From Candidatus Saccharimonadota bacterium (GTDB lineage Bacteria > Patescibacteriota > Saccharimonadia > Saccharimonadales > UBA4665), in contig CP025011.1 in assembly GCA_002952755.1 (NCBI GenBank), positions 1,110,001-1,142,000 on the forward strand: DNA of 32,000 nt. The letters are read 5' to 3'. Positions 17,445 through 25,785 of the stretch are shown piece after piece; positions within the stretch are counted from its first letter, which is position 1; every line of letters starts with the position of its first letter. The position numbers were made by a program, and so were the translations under genes. The notes beneath the pieces are model-generated. The model ran no database searches. It saw only the letters and a list, made by a program, of their open reading frames with translations, and was not told where the DNA came from.

Positions 17445-18328
17445 ACCTTGCTCCTCGTTGCACGGCGGCGTGTTTTCGTGCTACCAGCCTTTTTTGCCGT
17501 CTTTTTCTTAGCTGTCGCCCGCGGCGGTTTCGCGGCGTGTGGAACGGCTTTCATGAGTGTTGACACGCCGGCAAGATCATCCTCTTCGGTCTTCACCGGC
17601 AGCGTATACATAACCTCGCGGGCCGTGGAAGCAATCTCACCGATAGCCGTCTGCTCGTCGTGCACAATAGCGCCGTCGTGCATGTACACCACGCGTGTAG
17701 CGTACCGGGTTAACTCCGGGTTGTGGGTCACAAACAAAATGGTGCTGCCTGTTTTGTGAATCTCGCTGAGTAGTTCCATTACTAAGCGGGAGGCAGCGCT
17801 GTCTAAATTACCCGTTGGCTCATCGGCGATAATAATTTTAGGGTTATTCACCAGCGCTCGGGCAATGGCAACGCATTGCGCCTGGCCACCGCTCAAGTGC
17901 TGCGGATGGTAAAATTCCCGGCTGTTCATCCCCACGCGCTCCAGCATATTCAATGCCTGCTTCATGCGATTCCGCGGGCCAATACCTTTATAAGCTAAAG
18001 GGAGGGCAACATTTTCTATCACCGTCAGCCGCGGCAGGAGATTAAAAAATTGAAAGACAAAGCCAATCGTATCACGCCGTATTTTTGCCCGGCGGGCAGG
18101 GCGTAAATGTTCAGCCGACTTGCCGCTCAATGTATATGTCCCATGCGTCGGTCGGTCGAGCAATCCAATGAGATTCATAAGCGTAGACTTGCCGCAACCG
18201 GATGGGCCCATGACTGCCACAAATTCACCCTCGTCGATATCTAGCGTAATTTCGTCCAGGGCCAGCGTAGTGGCATCGCCAAAGCCGTACAGTTTGCTTA
18301 CATCCTGAAGTTCAATAATAGAACCCAC
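17441..18328 (-). CDS. ABC transporter ATP-binding protein (MacB/LolD-like) with a ~70-aa C-terminal extension ending in a polybasic tail
   Basis: Walker A GPSGCGKST, signature LSGGQ, Walker B IIIADEPT. The track start 18361 is TTG. GTG 18328 is preceded by AAGGGGGGAG (SD) and gives the usual ..IIELQDVSKLYG N-terminus. Confidence 0.85.
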   Translation of the reverse strand: MGSIIELQDVSKLYGFGDATTLALDEITLDIDEGEFVAVMGPSGCGKSTLMNLIGLLDRPTHGTYTLSGKSAEHLRPARRAKIRRDTIGFVFQFFNLLPRLTVIENVALPLAYKGIGPRNRMKQALNMLERVGMNSREFYHPQHLSGGQAQCVAIARALVNNPKIIIADEPTGNLDSAASRLVMELLSEIHKTGSTILFVTHNPELTRYATRVVYMHDGAIVHDEQTAIGEIASTAREVMYTLPVKTEEDDLAGVSTLMKAVPHAAKPPRATAKKKTAKKAGSTKTRRRATRSKV

Positions 18329-18549
18329 CTCAACTCCCCCCTTCGATGCCAAATTGTCCAATGTTAAGACAACATTTGTACAGGGTAAAGAGACGTACCA
18401 GTGGGTACGTCAACGCACCATGGGCGGATGTGGTCCTAAACGGGGAGATTCGGGACGGAGGGGGAAGTTGAAATGGGTGGATAGCCATTCTTAGTAGTGT
18501 ACCTTCGTATTCACTAGCCCTGCAAGGTGTTTTTCTTGCTTTTTTGCGG

Positions 18550-18555
18550 TATAAT
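18550..18555 (+). promoter_or_regulatory. TATAAT -10-like hexamer upstream of tRNA-Ser
   Basis: An exact TATAAT lies 30 nt upstream of the tRNA 5' end. I found no convincing -35. Confidence 0.3.
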
Positions 18556-18585
18556 GCTCTTTGTTCCAAAAAATGAATAGTACAA

Positions 18586-18676
<91 letters not shown>

Positions 18677-18731
18677 AAAATAACACGTACCCATCTGGTT
18701 GACGTTATCCTAGACCGTCAGCTAGACCGAA

Positions 18732-19106
18732 CTATTGCCCGGGTGCACTTGAGGACAGACCCAGGGGACACGATAGGCCGATCCCGCACACAGCACCCGT
18801 GCCGAGCGCACGTATCCCATCTTCCTCTGTCAAGGTTGCGTAACGATACGCACCACAAGATTCCGCCGGGCATTCCTCTTTTACTTCGTTCAAAAGTACT
18901 TTACCCAGCTCGCGGACAGCTTCCTCCTCATCGCCAGACCATTCACTAGATAGGGCGACACGGCCAACCCAGGCGCGCTTGGGTAGCAGAACCACGCCTC
19001 CAATAGCGGTATCTTTATCTAGCTGCTCAGCGAAGCATACATCTACCACACCATGGGCAGTTTCTATAGGCATTTTTGTTCCGGGACGGGTAGAGCGTAG
19101 CGTCAT
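18732..19106 (-). CDS. Hypothetical protein
   Basis: It is the longest ORF in this interval. No motif was recognised and no clear SD was found. Confidence 0.45.
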   Translation of the reverse strand: MTLRSTRPGTKMPIETAHGVVDVCFAEQLDKDTAIGGVVLLPKRAWVGRVALSSEWSGDEEEAVRELGKVLLNEVKEECPAESCGAYRYATLTEEDGIRALGTGAVCGIGLSCPLGLSSSAPGQ

Positions 19107-19215
19107 AAATTGTCATCATAGACCAAATTTTAATTTTTGTATATGAATCACGCGAACAGTATATTTTATGCCGTAGAAGCGGTATTCTATAGGCTGATTA
19201 GTAGAGGAACGCTTT

Positions 19216-19677
19216 ATGACATACGACATACCTGGGGTAGGGCAACTTACCATTAACACCATCATTCTGGATCTCAATGGCACGCTGTCTGTAGGCGGAC
19301 AGGTAGTTGACGGAGTAAGGGGACGCCTGACTCGCCTTAAGGAAAGGGGATTTAAGGTTGTATTCTTTACTGGCAATACCCGTAATGACGCCAATGACTT
19401 AGCTGCAGATCTTGAGATTGACTGGAAACTAGCAAAGAGTGCTGAGGATAAACGAGATCTGGCCATGGACATGGACCCCGAAACATGCGTCTCAATTGGC
19501 AATGGCCGTATCGACCTTGAGCTTATGAAAGCCGTCAAGCTTGGCATCGTCACGCTGCAAGGTGAAGGCGTGCACGTCGAGACGTTGCAAGCCTGTGACA
19601 TCATTATCCCCACCATTAACGATGCGCTCGACTTATTCATCGACAGCCAACGTCTTATTGCAACCCTTAGGAAATAA
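19216..19677 (+). CDS. Small HAD-superfamily hydrolase (soluble P-type-ATPase-like, COG4087-like)
   Basis: ILDLNGTL (DxxGT-type motif I), FFTGNT and GNGRID (motif IV-like). GAGGA SD upstream. Confidence 0.7.
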   Translation: MTYDIPGVGQLTINTIILDLNGTLSVGGQVVDGVRGRLTRLKERGFKVVFFTGNTRNDANDLAADLEIDWKLAKSAEDKRDLAMDMDPETCVSIGNGRIDLELMKAVKLGIVTLQGEGVHVETLQACDIIIPTINDALDLFIDSQRLIATLRK

Positions 19678-19679
19678 CC

Positions 19680-20600
19680 ATGCGCATTATTACCAGCGGC
19701 AGCAGATACATCGATATCGATGCCTACGGAGGCTGTGTCGCCTATGCCGAGCTGCTTAATCTGCAAGGCACGAAGGCAAAGGCCGCCAGTAATGCCGTCC
19801 TCAATGCCAGCGTGCCACCTGTAGTGCAAAGCTGGAACGCGCCGTGCACCCTGGGCTATGCGCCCGCACCCGAGGATACGTTTGCGGTGCTCGACGTATC
19901 AGAGCCCGAATTCTTTGACACTATGGTGAATCTCGACATGTTAGACGAAGTCATCGACCATCACCCTGGACGGGAAGCATATTGGCAAGAGCGGATTGGC
20001 GATAAAGCCGATATCGAATTCGCCGGTGCAGTCTGTACTATGATTTATGAACGCTGGAATAAGGCAGGGTTGCTCGGTAAAATGAGTGTTACCAGCGCCC
20101 GCCTGCTGATTTGCGGTATCCTCGATAACACCCTCAATTTTGGCGCCGAGATTACCACCGATCGCGACCGCCAAGCGTATCAGGCCCTATTGGCAATCGC
20201 TGATCTGCCCGGCGGTTGGGCCGCACAATATTTCGAACAATGTGGGCAGGCTATAGTAGCTGACATCGCGGCAGCTATCCGCGACGATTCCAAGCAAATC
20301 ACCTTTGCCGGCCAGCCAAAAGCATTCACCGCCGGCCAACTTGCTGTCTGGAATGGACGAAATATTCTCGATGCCCATCTTACAACCCTTGAAAAAACCA
20401 TGCCCGCTATCGGTTCCCCGTGGTTCGTGAATGTCATTAGTATCAGTGAAGGGAAGAGCCATTTCATTTGTAATGATCAAGCACTGCAACATTGGCTCAG
20501 CCAACTACTCCATGTGACATTTACGGATAACCTTGCCACTGCTAACCGTTTATGGCTGCGCAAAGAGATCATGAAAGCGGCAATCGAACAGGCAGCCTAG
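19680..20600 (+). CDS. DHH-family phosphoesterase
   Basis: IDIDAYGG (DxD) and VIDHHPG (DHH) motifs. It starts 2 nt after the HAD gene stop, with an AGGAA SD. Confidence 0.7.
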   Translation: MRIITSGSRYIDIDAYGGCVAYAELLNLQGTKAKAASNAVLNASVPPVVQSWNAPCTLGYAPAPEDTFAVLDVSEPEFFDTMVNLDMLDEVIDHHPGREAYWQERIGDKADIEFAGAVCTMIYERWNKAGLLGKMSVTSARLLICGILDNTLNFGAEITTDRDRQAYQALLAIADLPGGWAAQYFEQCGQAIVADIAAAIRDDSKQITFAGQPKAFTAGQLAVWNGRNILDAHLTTLEKTMPAIGSPWFVNVISISEGKSHFICNDQALQHWLSQLLHVTFTDNLATANRLWLRKEIMKAAIEQAA

Positions 20601-20618
20601 CTAACAGCATTCTTTTAA

Positions 20619-21323
20619 TCAGGAAATATAGCTACCGACAGGCTGGCCCTGTGCAGCGCGCAAGATTGTATCCGACTGCATGGGGTTAAGAACAATGACA
20701 GGCATGCCTTGCTCCATAGCTAAGCCGAGCGCCGCTTTATCCATCACCTTGATATCGTTATTAGCAACTGCTTCCTGGTAGGTTAATTTGTCCATCTTTT
20801 TAGCATCCGGATATTTCGCCGGGTCTTTGTTGTATACACCACTTACTTTCGTTGCCTTGAGCACCACCTCGCAGCCAAGTTCCAGCGCAATGCTTACCGC
20901 CGCAGTATCGTGGGTAAAATAAGGTCGGGCGATACCGCCGCCAACCACAACGACACGGCCCCGCTCCAAATGCTTATCTGCCAAACGATAAGTATACGAT
21001 TCGGCTACTTGCTCGACATAGATATTACTTAAGCAGCGGGTCTCAAGCTGCTCGCTTTCGAAAATATCAGTAAGTGCCATCGAGTTAATAAGCCCGCTGA
21101 GCATCCCCATCTGGTCAGCCGTGACGCGCTTAATGCCATTTCCAGCAACCTCGGCGCCGCGCACCATATTGCCACCGCCCACCACAATAGCTAGCTGGCA
21201 GCCTGCTTCAATTACCTTTTTGCATTCTTTTGCTAAATAGTGGCCAACCTCAGGATCGACTCCAAACTCGTGCTTGCCGCTTAGCTGTTCGCCAGAAATC
21301 TTCAGGAGCACGCGTTTGTACAT
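20619..21323 (-). CDS. pyrH: UMP kinase
   Basis: YKRVLLKISGEQLSG..., VVGGGNMVRG and the overall amino-acid-kinase fold pattern. Confidence 0.92.
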   Translation of the reverse strand: MYKRVLLKISGEQLSGKHEFGVDPEVGHYLAKECKKVIEAGCQLAIVVGGGNMVRGAEVAGNGIKRVTADQMGMLSGLINSMALTDIFESEQLETRCLSNIYVEQVAESYTYRLADKHLERGRVVVVGGGIARPYFTHDTAAVSIALELGCEVVLKATKVSGVYNKDPAKYPDAKKMDKLTYQEAVANNDIKVMDKAALGLAMEQGMPVIVLNPMQSDTILRAAQGQPVGSYIS

Positions 21324-21403
21324 ACTGCCGGTATTCTAGCAGAAGGCACGTAAAAAACGAACGATTATAGCCAACGCATCGTCAGGGATGGTAGGATACA
21401 ACC

Positions 21404-22204
21404 ATGGTTAAGATTTACTCCTGGAACATTAACGGCATCCGTGCCGTAGCGCGCAAAGATTTGTTTAAACCGTTTATTGATAAGGAGCAGCCTGACATCC
21501 TCTGCCTGCAGGAAACCAAAGCCGAACGAGGCCAGGCCGAAGTCGATCTGCAAGGATACGAAGAATACTGGAATTCGGCCGACAAAAAAGGATACTCAGG
21601 CACCGCGATATTTTCGAAAGTCAAACCATTGGCGGTGCTCAACGGCTTTCCTGAGGCGATTATCGATACATACAAAGTGACCGGCGATACGTATGGCGAC
21701 CCCAACAAAGAAGGTAGGGTGATCGCCGCTGAGTTTGAAAAATTTTACGTAGTTACTGTATATACGCCCAATGCCAAAGACGACCTCAGCCGCATCCCAC
21801 TCCGCGAAAAGCACTGGGACCCAGCTTTTTTGGCCTACTGCAAAGAACTTGAAAAGAAGAAACCGGTCGTTTTCTGCGGCGATCTCAACGTTGCCCATAC
21901 TGAGGACGACCTAGCAAACCCCAAGCCTAATCGTGGCAAAAAAGGCTTTACCGACGAAGAACGTCGTGGGTTCCAGAACTTTTTGGATGCCGGCTTTGTC
22001 GACACGCTTCGTATGTTTGTACAGGGTAACGGCCACTACACCTGGTGGAGTCATTTTGCGAACTCCCGTGCCCGTAACGTCGGCTGGCGTATCGACTACT
22101 TTCTCGTTTCTGGTGCGCTCAGAAGCAAGGTGAAGGCTGCCGATATTCACGCGTCGGTTATGGGCTCCGATCACTGCCCGATAAGTATTACGTTGGAGGT
22201 ATAA
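21404..22204 (+). CDS. xth: Exodeoxyribonuclease III (AP endonuclease family 1)
   Basis: KIYSWNINGIRA, LCLQETK, GDLNVAH and SDHCP motifs. Confidence 0.92.
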   Translation: MVKIYSWNINGIRAVARKDLFKPFIDKEQPDILCLQETKAERGQAEVDLQGYEEYWNSADKKGYSGTAIFSKVKPLAVLNGFPEAIIDTYKVTGDTYGDPNKEGRVIAAEFEKFYVVTVYTPNAKDDLSRIPLREKHWDPAFLAYCKELEKKKPVVFCGDLNVAHTEDDLANPKPNRGKKGFTDEERRGFQNFLDAGFVDTLRMFVQGNGHYTWWSHFANSRARNVGWRIDYFLVSGALRSKVKAADIHASVMGSDHCPISITLEV

Positions 22205-22205
22205 T

Positions 22206-22625
22206 ATGCCAGCTACGAGCAACCCGCCTAATGATACGAATACGACGCTGCAGAACATCAAAGACACCATTGCTGTGTATCAGGCCGAACGCGGTTGGGA
22301 CAAATTGGATCCACGCGATCTAGCTATCTCAATTACCATCGAAGCCGCCGAACTTATGGAGCATTATCAGTGGGAAAACTCCGATACGACATCGGATGAC
22401 CACAAGCAGGGGATCGCCGACGAGCTGGCCGACATCTTGACCTACTGTATCGAGTTCGCTTTAGCTACAGGAATCGACATCAGCAGTGCCTTCCATAGTA
22501 AACTGGAGCGGGTGAAGCAAAAATATCCCACCACATTGTTTCATCCAGGCCATCTAAATGCCGAAGCGTACCGAAACATCAAAAAAGCGTATCGAAGCGA
22601 TGAACCGTCGGCTTCCAATGAGTGA
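22206..22625 (+). CDS. MazG-like nucleotide pyrophosphohydrolase
   Basis: EAAELMEHYQW...ADELADILTYCIEFA (EExxE/D helices). GGAGG SD. It starts 1 nt after the xth stop. Confidence 0.8.
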   Translation: MPATSNPPNDTNTTLQNIKDTIAVYQAERGWDKLDPRDLAISITIEAAELMEHYQWENSDTTSDDHKQGIADELADILTYCIEFALATGIDISSAFHSKLERVKQKYPTTLFHPGHLNAEAYRNIKKAYRSDEPSASNE

Positions 22626-23112
22626 CAACGTTAAAGTCTGTACGCTCGTGCTTTTGCGGCACGGCAACGAAATATGCTTAGCCATGAAAAAGCGCGGCTT
22701 CGGCGCAGGGCGGTGGAATGGAGCCGGTGGCAAAGTAGAGCCAGGCGAAACCATCGAAGCGGCCATGATCCGCGAGTGCCAGGAAGAAATCGGCGTCACA
22801 CCAACACGTTACCACAAGGCAGCCATCCATGATTTTCGGGGCATAAAAAATGGAGAAAAGTGGGGCAATATTGGCCACACCTTTATCTGTGACGCCTGGG
22901 ACGGTGAGCTGACCGAGACAGAAGAGATGGCACCGAGATGGTTTACCCTCGATGCCATTCCTTACGACGACATGTGGCCGGACGACCGCCTCTGGCTCCC
23001 TCGATTACTCAAAGGAGAGTTGCTGCGCACTGCGTTTCGATTTGACGATCAAGATCAGATAATCAATATGGAAATTACCCCTATAGACAACCTAGACTCG
23101 GGGGGCCAGTGA
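22618..23112 (+). CDS. NUDIX hydrolase (MutT-like)
   Basis: Nudix box GGKVEPGETIEAAMIRECQEEIGV. The track start is 22558. ATG 22618 (MSDNVKV...) gives an 8-nt overlap with the MazG-like gene and is preferred. Confidence 0.85.
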   Translation: MSDNVKVCTLVLLRHGNEICLAMKKRGFGAGRWNGAGGKVEPGETIEAAMIRECQEEIGVTPTRYHKAAIHDFRGIKNGEKWGNIGHTFICDAWDGELTETEEMAPRWFTLDAIPYDDMWPDDRLWLPRLLKGELLRTAFRFDDQDQIINMEITPIDNLDSGGQ

Positions 23113-23666
23113 AACAATCGCGCCCGACAGTGGCCATTATCTACGGCTTCTGCGAAGGTCCGCGCCTGGCAGGAGATATGCTGCGCACGCTTAGCCAGGC
23201 AGGCTTCGAGGTAACTTCCAACTACCAAGCAGCGGACATAGTTATCGCTCACTCTGGCGGCTGCTTTTTAGTACCAAGACAATCAAAAGCCAAACAAAAT
23301 ATTATGATCGGCCTAACCTACTGGCCGGGCAGATCCATTGTGCGCAGCCTCTTTGAGAAGATTTGGAACGATCTTCGTCACCACCACAACAACCGCAAAA
23401 CAAGGGCCTGGCTCCAAAAATCCTTCTGGAATCTGGTGTATTTTTGGAATATGCCACATACTCTGCGCATGCTGCGGGGCAGGGCACGCGGCGAATTTTG
23501 GAACGTACAATCGCTGACAGTTGTTCGTAACGCCGAAGATAGTTTTTGTACGCCGGACCTCAAGCATATACCATTTACGCATCCGCCCCACTTCGTAGCA
23601 TTGCCCGATCAGCACGATGACTGCTGGCTAAACCCAGATCGCTACATATCTGTTATACAATCATAG
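23109..23666 (+). CDS. Hypothetical protein, possible alpha/beta-hydrolase-fold esterase
   Basis: The GTG start overlaps the upstream stop (GTGA). AHSGG is a nucleophile-elbow-like motif. The functional call is weak. Confidence 0.6.
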   Translation: MKQSRPTVAIIYGFCEGPRLAGDMLRTLSQAGFEVTSNYQAADIVIAHSGGCFLVPRQSKAKQNIMIGLTYWPGRSIVRSLFEKIWNDLRHHHNNRKTRAWLQKSFWNLVYFWNMPHTLRMLRGRARGEFWNVQSLTVVRNAEDSFCTPDLKHIPFTHPPHFVALPDQHDDCWLNPDRYISVIQS

Positions 23667-23668
23667 TC

Positions 23669-24454
23669 ATGGAACGTGATTTTTGGCTCAAGCAGGAACC
23701 AGGCAAGCCGCTATTTCCTGAGTTACAGTGGAGCCGGCCAGAGAATCGCCTCAGCGCTGGCAAACTACTCATCGTTGGCGGCAACTTATATGGCTTTGCA
23801 GCCCCGGCCGAGGCCTATACGATGGCACTTAAAGCAGGCATCGGCACCACTCGCGTCCTGCTCCCAAATGCCGTCCAAAAGGTCGTAGGGAAAGTGTTGG
23901 AGCACGGTGAGTTTGCACCCAGCACACCTAGCGGCAGCTTCAGTCAAAAGGCACTCGACGAGCTACTGTTGCAGAGTCATTGGGCCGATGGCGTGTTACT
24001 GGCAGGCGACCTTGGACGCAACTCAGAGACCGCCGTATTGTTGGAAAACTTTTTGCAAAAAAGCAGCATACCGGTAATCATCACTAAAGATGCCGCCGAT
24101 TACTGCATATCAGCACCTAAAATAACTTTGGCGCGGTCACAAACACTCCTGGTACTCAGCTTAAGCCAGCTGCAGCGCCTTGGCACAGCTGCCAGATTCC
24201 CAAGGGCCATTACATTCAGTATGGACCTACTTCACCTTGTTGCATGGCTGCATGATTTTACCATCTTGCACGCCGCACAATTAGTTGTGAAGCATCACGA
24301 TATTCTTGCGGTTGCCGTTGACGGCAGAGTGAGCACTACCCGGCTCGTCACAGATATGCCAATCTGGCGCTTACAGGTAGCGGCGCAGGCAAGTGTCTGG
24401 CTCATCCAAAATCCCACGAGGCCATTCGAAGCAATTACTACTGCCCTCGTATAA
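23669..24454 (+). CDS. YjeF C-terminal-like (NAD(P)HX dehydratase / carbohydrate-kinase fold) protein
   Basis: GKLLIVGGNLYGFAAPAEAYTMALKAGIGTTRVLLP and ...VLLAGDLGRN...PVIITKDA resemble the family pattern. Confidence 0.6.
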   Translation: MERDFWLKQEPGKPLFPELQWSRPENRLSAGKLLIVGGNLYGFAAPAEAYTMALKAGIGTTRVLLPNAVQKVVGKVLEHGEFAPSTPSGSFSQKALDELLLQSHWADGVLLAGDLGRNSETAVLLENFLQKSSIPVIITKDAADYCISAPKITLARSQTLLVLSLSQLQRLGTAARFPRAITFSMDLLHLVAWLHDFTILHAAQLVVKHHDILAVAVDGRVSTTRLVTDMPIWRLQVAAQASVWLIQNPTRPFEAITTALV

Positions 24455-24509
24455 AACATGTGAGATATATTACATTGTATCTGTAAAGAACCAGCTGTAT
24501 AAGTAGTGT

Positions 24510-25451
24510 ATGGGCCATTCCACACCAAGGCCGGCAACTTCTGGGGTGGAATTAGTGTCGACTTATATCGAGTACATTGGAGAAGAAGAGTTAACGAGCC
24601 ATAGAAAACCCGTTAAATATCCGTCCAACACTCCTGAAGGGGCAGCTTATCTAATCGGGCAAGGATGCCTTGAACTCGTAACGGGTAACGATAAATTAGC
24701 CGACAGCGTATTCCGTTATATTCGAAGTACAGTGACAACCGTCATCACAAAACCAGAATGTCGTTGGAACCCAGACGGATCACGACTAGTACACTTGTTT
24801 CATTTAGCCGATATGCTCCTATCGCGTGACCAACCGCATGCAGTAGAGGCGTTTCGTAAGGCAACGTACACTGAATCACTTGTGGATCTCAAAAATACCC
24901 AGACTCAAATCCACACCGAGACTCAGATTCGCCAGACTTCTAGCGGAAGGCACTTGGATCATTTGTTCGGAGCACGAACGGAGCAATGCGCAGAAGGATT
25001 ACTTACACGGCGCGCCACTCCTGGGACTCTTGCGGTTCAAGCCCTTACCCATCACGACCGGAGCAGGGATCCCAAAACCAATTACGATCTTTTGATCGTT
25101 CATAGTAAAACTGAAGAAACACCGCCTTCTATACAAAAGATACAATCAAAACGGTCTTGTTTAGGTTTTTGTAACAACGGAAGGGCAGACCACGGCGACG
25201 AGTTACGATCGAGATACTTGGAAGATATCGCCTTAATATCCGAGCATTGTGATTTAAGAGGAGCGTCAGAAAGCTCTGAGTATGTAAGGCGGTGGCTGGC
25301 TATGGAAGCAAAAACACAAACTTCCGAGTACGTAACGGCCATGCTTGATACGCGAACAGATTACTTGCTCGATATAGTTACCGACCCTCAAGAATGGCGT
25401 ATGGGATTAATTCCAAACGCGGGGCCAACAAATACAGGCCTGGCAGCATAA
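24510..25451 (+). CDS. Hypothetical protein (no recognisable domain)
   Basis: A long ORF with an ATG start. No motif was recognised. Its 3' end faces the tRNA-Leu 3' end. Confidence 0.5.
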   Translation: MGHSTPRPATSGVELVSTYIEYIGEEELTSHRKPVKYPSNTPEGAAYLIGQGCLELVTGNDKLADSVFRYIRSTVTTVITKPECRWNPDGSRLVHLFHLADMLLSRDQPHAVEAFRKATYTESLVDLKNTQTQIHTETQIRQTSSGRHLDHLFGARTEQCAEGLLTRRATPGTLAVQALTHHDRSRDPKTNYDLLIVHSKTEETPPSIQKIQSKRSCLGFCNNGRADHGDELRSRYLEDIALISEHCDLRGASESSEYVRRWLAMEAKTQTSEYVTAMLDTRTDYLLDIVTDPQEWRMGLIPNAGPTNTGLAA

Positions 25452-25481
25452 TCAGCTACCGACCTTCGGATACCCTGACAA

Positions 25482-25510
25482 CAAAAAACAGCGCCTTTTG
25501 AGAGCACTGT
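25482..25510 (-). terminator. Candidate intrinsic terminator downstream of tRNA-Leu (minus strand)
   Basis: Minus strand reads ACAGTGC-tctcaaaag-GCGCTGT followed by TTTTTTG. The stem is 7 bp including one G:U. Confidence 0.5.
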
Positions 25511-25519
25511 CTTAGCATT

Positions 25520-25571
25520 CATCGCCGTCCTATTCGGTCCTGCAGATGCAGGCACGAATACGACGGCGATG
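25520..25571. other. Long imperfect hairpin abutting or overlapping the tRNA-Leu 3' end
   Basis: catcgccgtcctattcg ... cgaatacgacggcgatg forms 17-bp arms with 1 mismatch, around an inner palindrome cctgca-ga-tgcagg. It is unrelated in sequence to the six-copy element. Confidence 0.6.
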
Positions 25572-25656
25572 GTGGGCGAGGAGGGAATCGAACCCTCACG
25601 AACTTGCGTTCACAGGATTTTGAGTCCAGCGCGTCTACCAATTCCGCCACCCGCCC
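25570..25656 (-). tRNA. tRNA-Leu (anticodon CAA), long variable arm, CCA encoded
   Basis: Reverse complement GGGCGGG-TG-GCG-GAATTGGTAGA-CGC-G-CTGGA-CTCAAAA-TCCTG-...-GAGGG-TTCGATT-CCCTC-CTCGCCC-A-CCA. It aligns with the E. coli tRNA-Leu(CAA) layout as I remember it. There is one U:U mismatch in the anticodon stem. Confidence 0.8.
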
Positions 25657-25704
25657 GGGACTTTTTTAGCGAGTAGTAATCCAAGGATTATCAACTCTGA
25701 TTTA

Positions 25705-25729
25705 CCTCAAAAACGAGCCGTTTTTGAGG
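25705..25729. promoter_or_regulatory. Perfect 11-bp inverted repeat (CCTCAAAAACG-agc-CGTTTTTGAGG) in the divergent region between tRNA-Leu and the sortase gene
   Basis: Seen directly. No U-tract on either strand. The right arm supplies a TTGAGG -35-like hexamer 19 nt upstream of TATAAT at 25749-25754. Confidence 0.4.
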
Positions 25730-25785
25730 CTTCACAGGGAGATTGTACTATAATTAAGAAGATAAGGCGAGCATTAGCAACGATT

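Noticed and set aside
18330-18569. 79-aa minus-strand ORF upstream of the ABC operon
   Set aside because: It overlaps the ABC ATPase start region and the tRNA-Ser promoter region. It has no SD and no recognisable features.
19116-19829. 237-aa minus-strand ORF
   Set aside because: It is antisense to the HAD and DHH genes, which have recognisable motifs and SD sequences.
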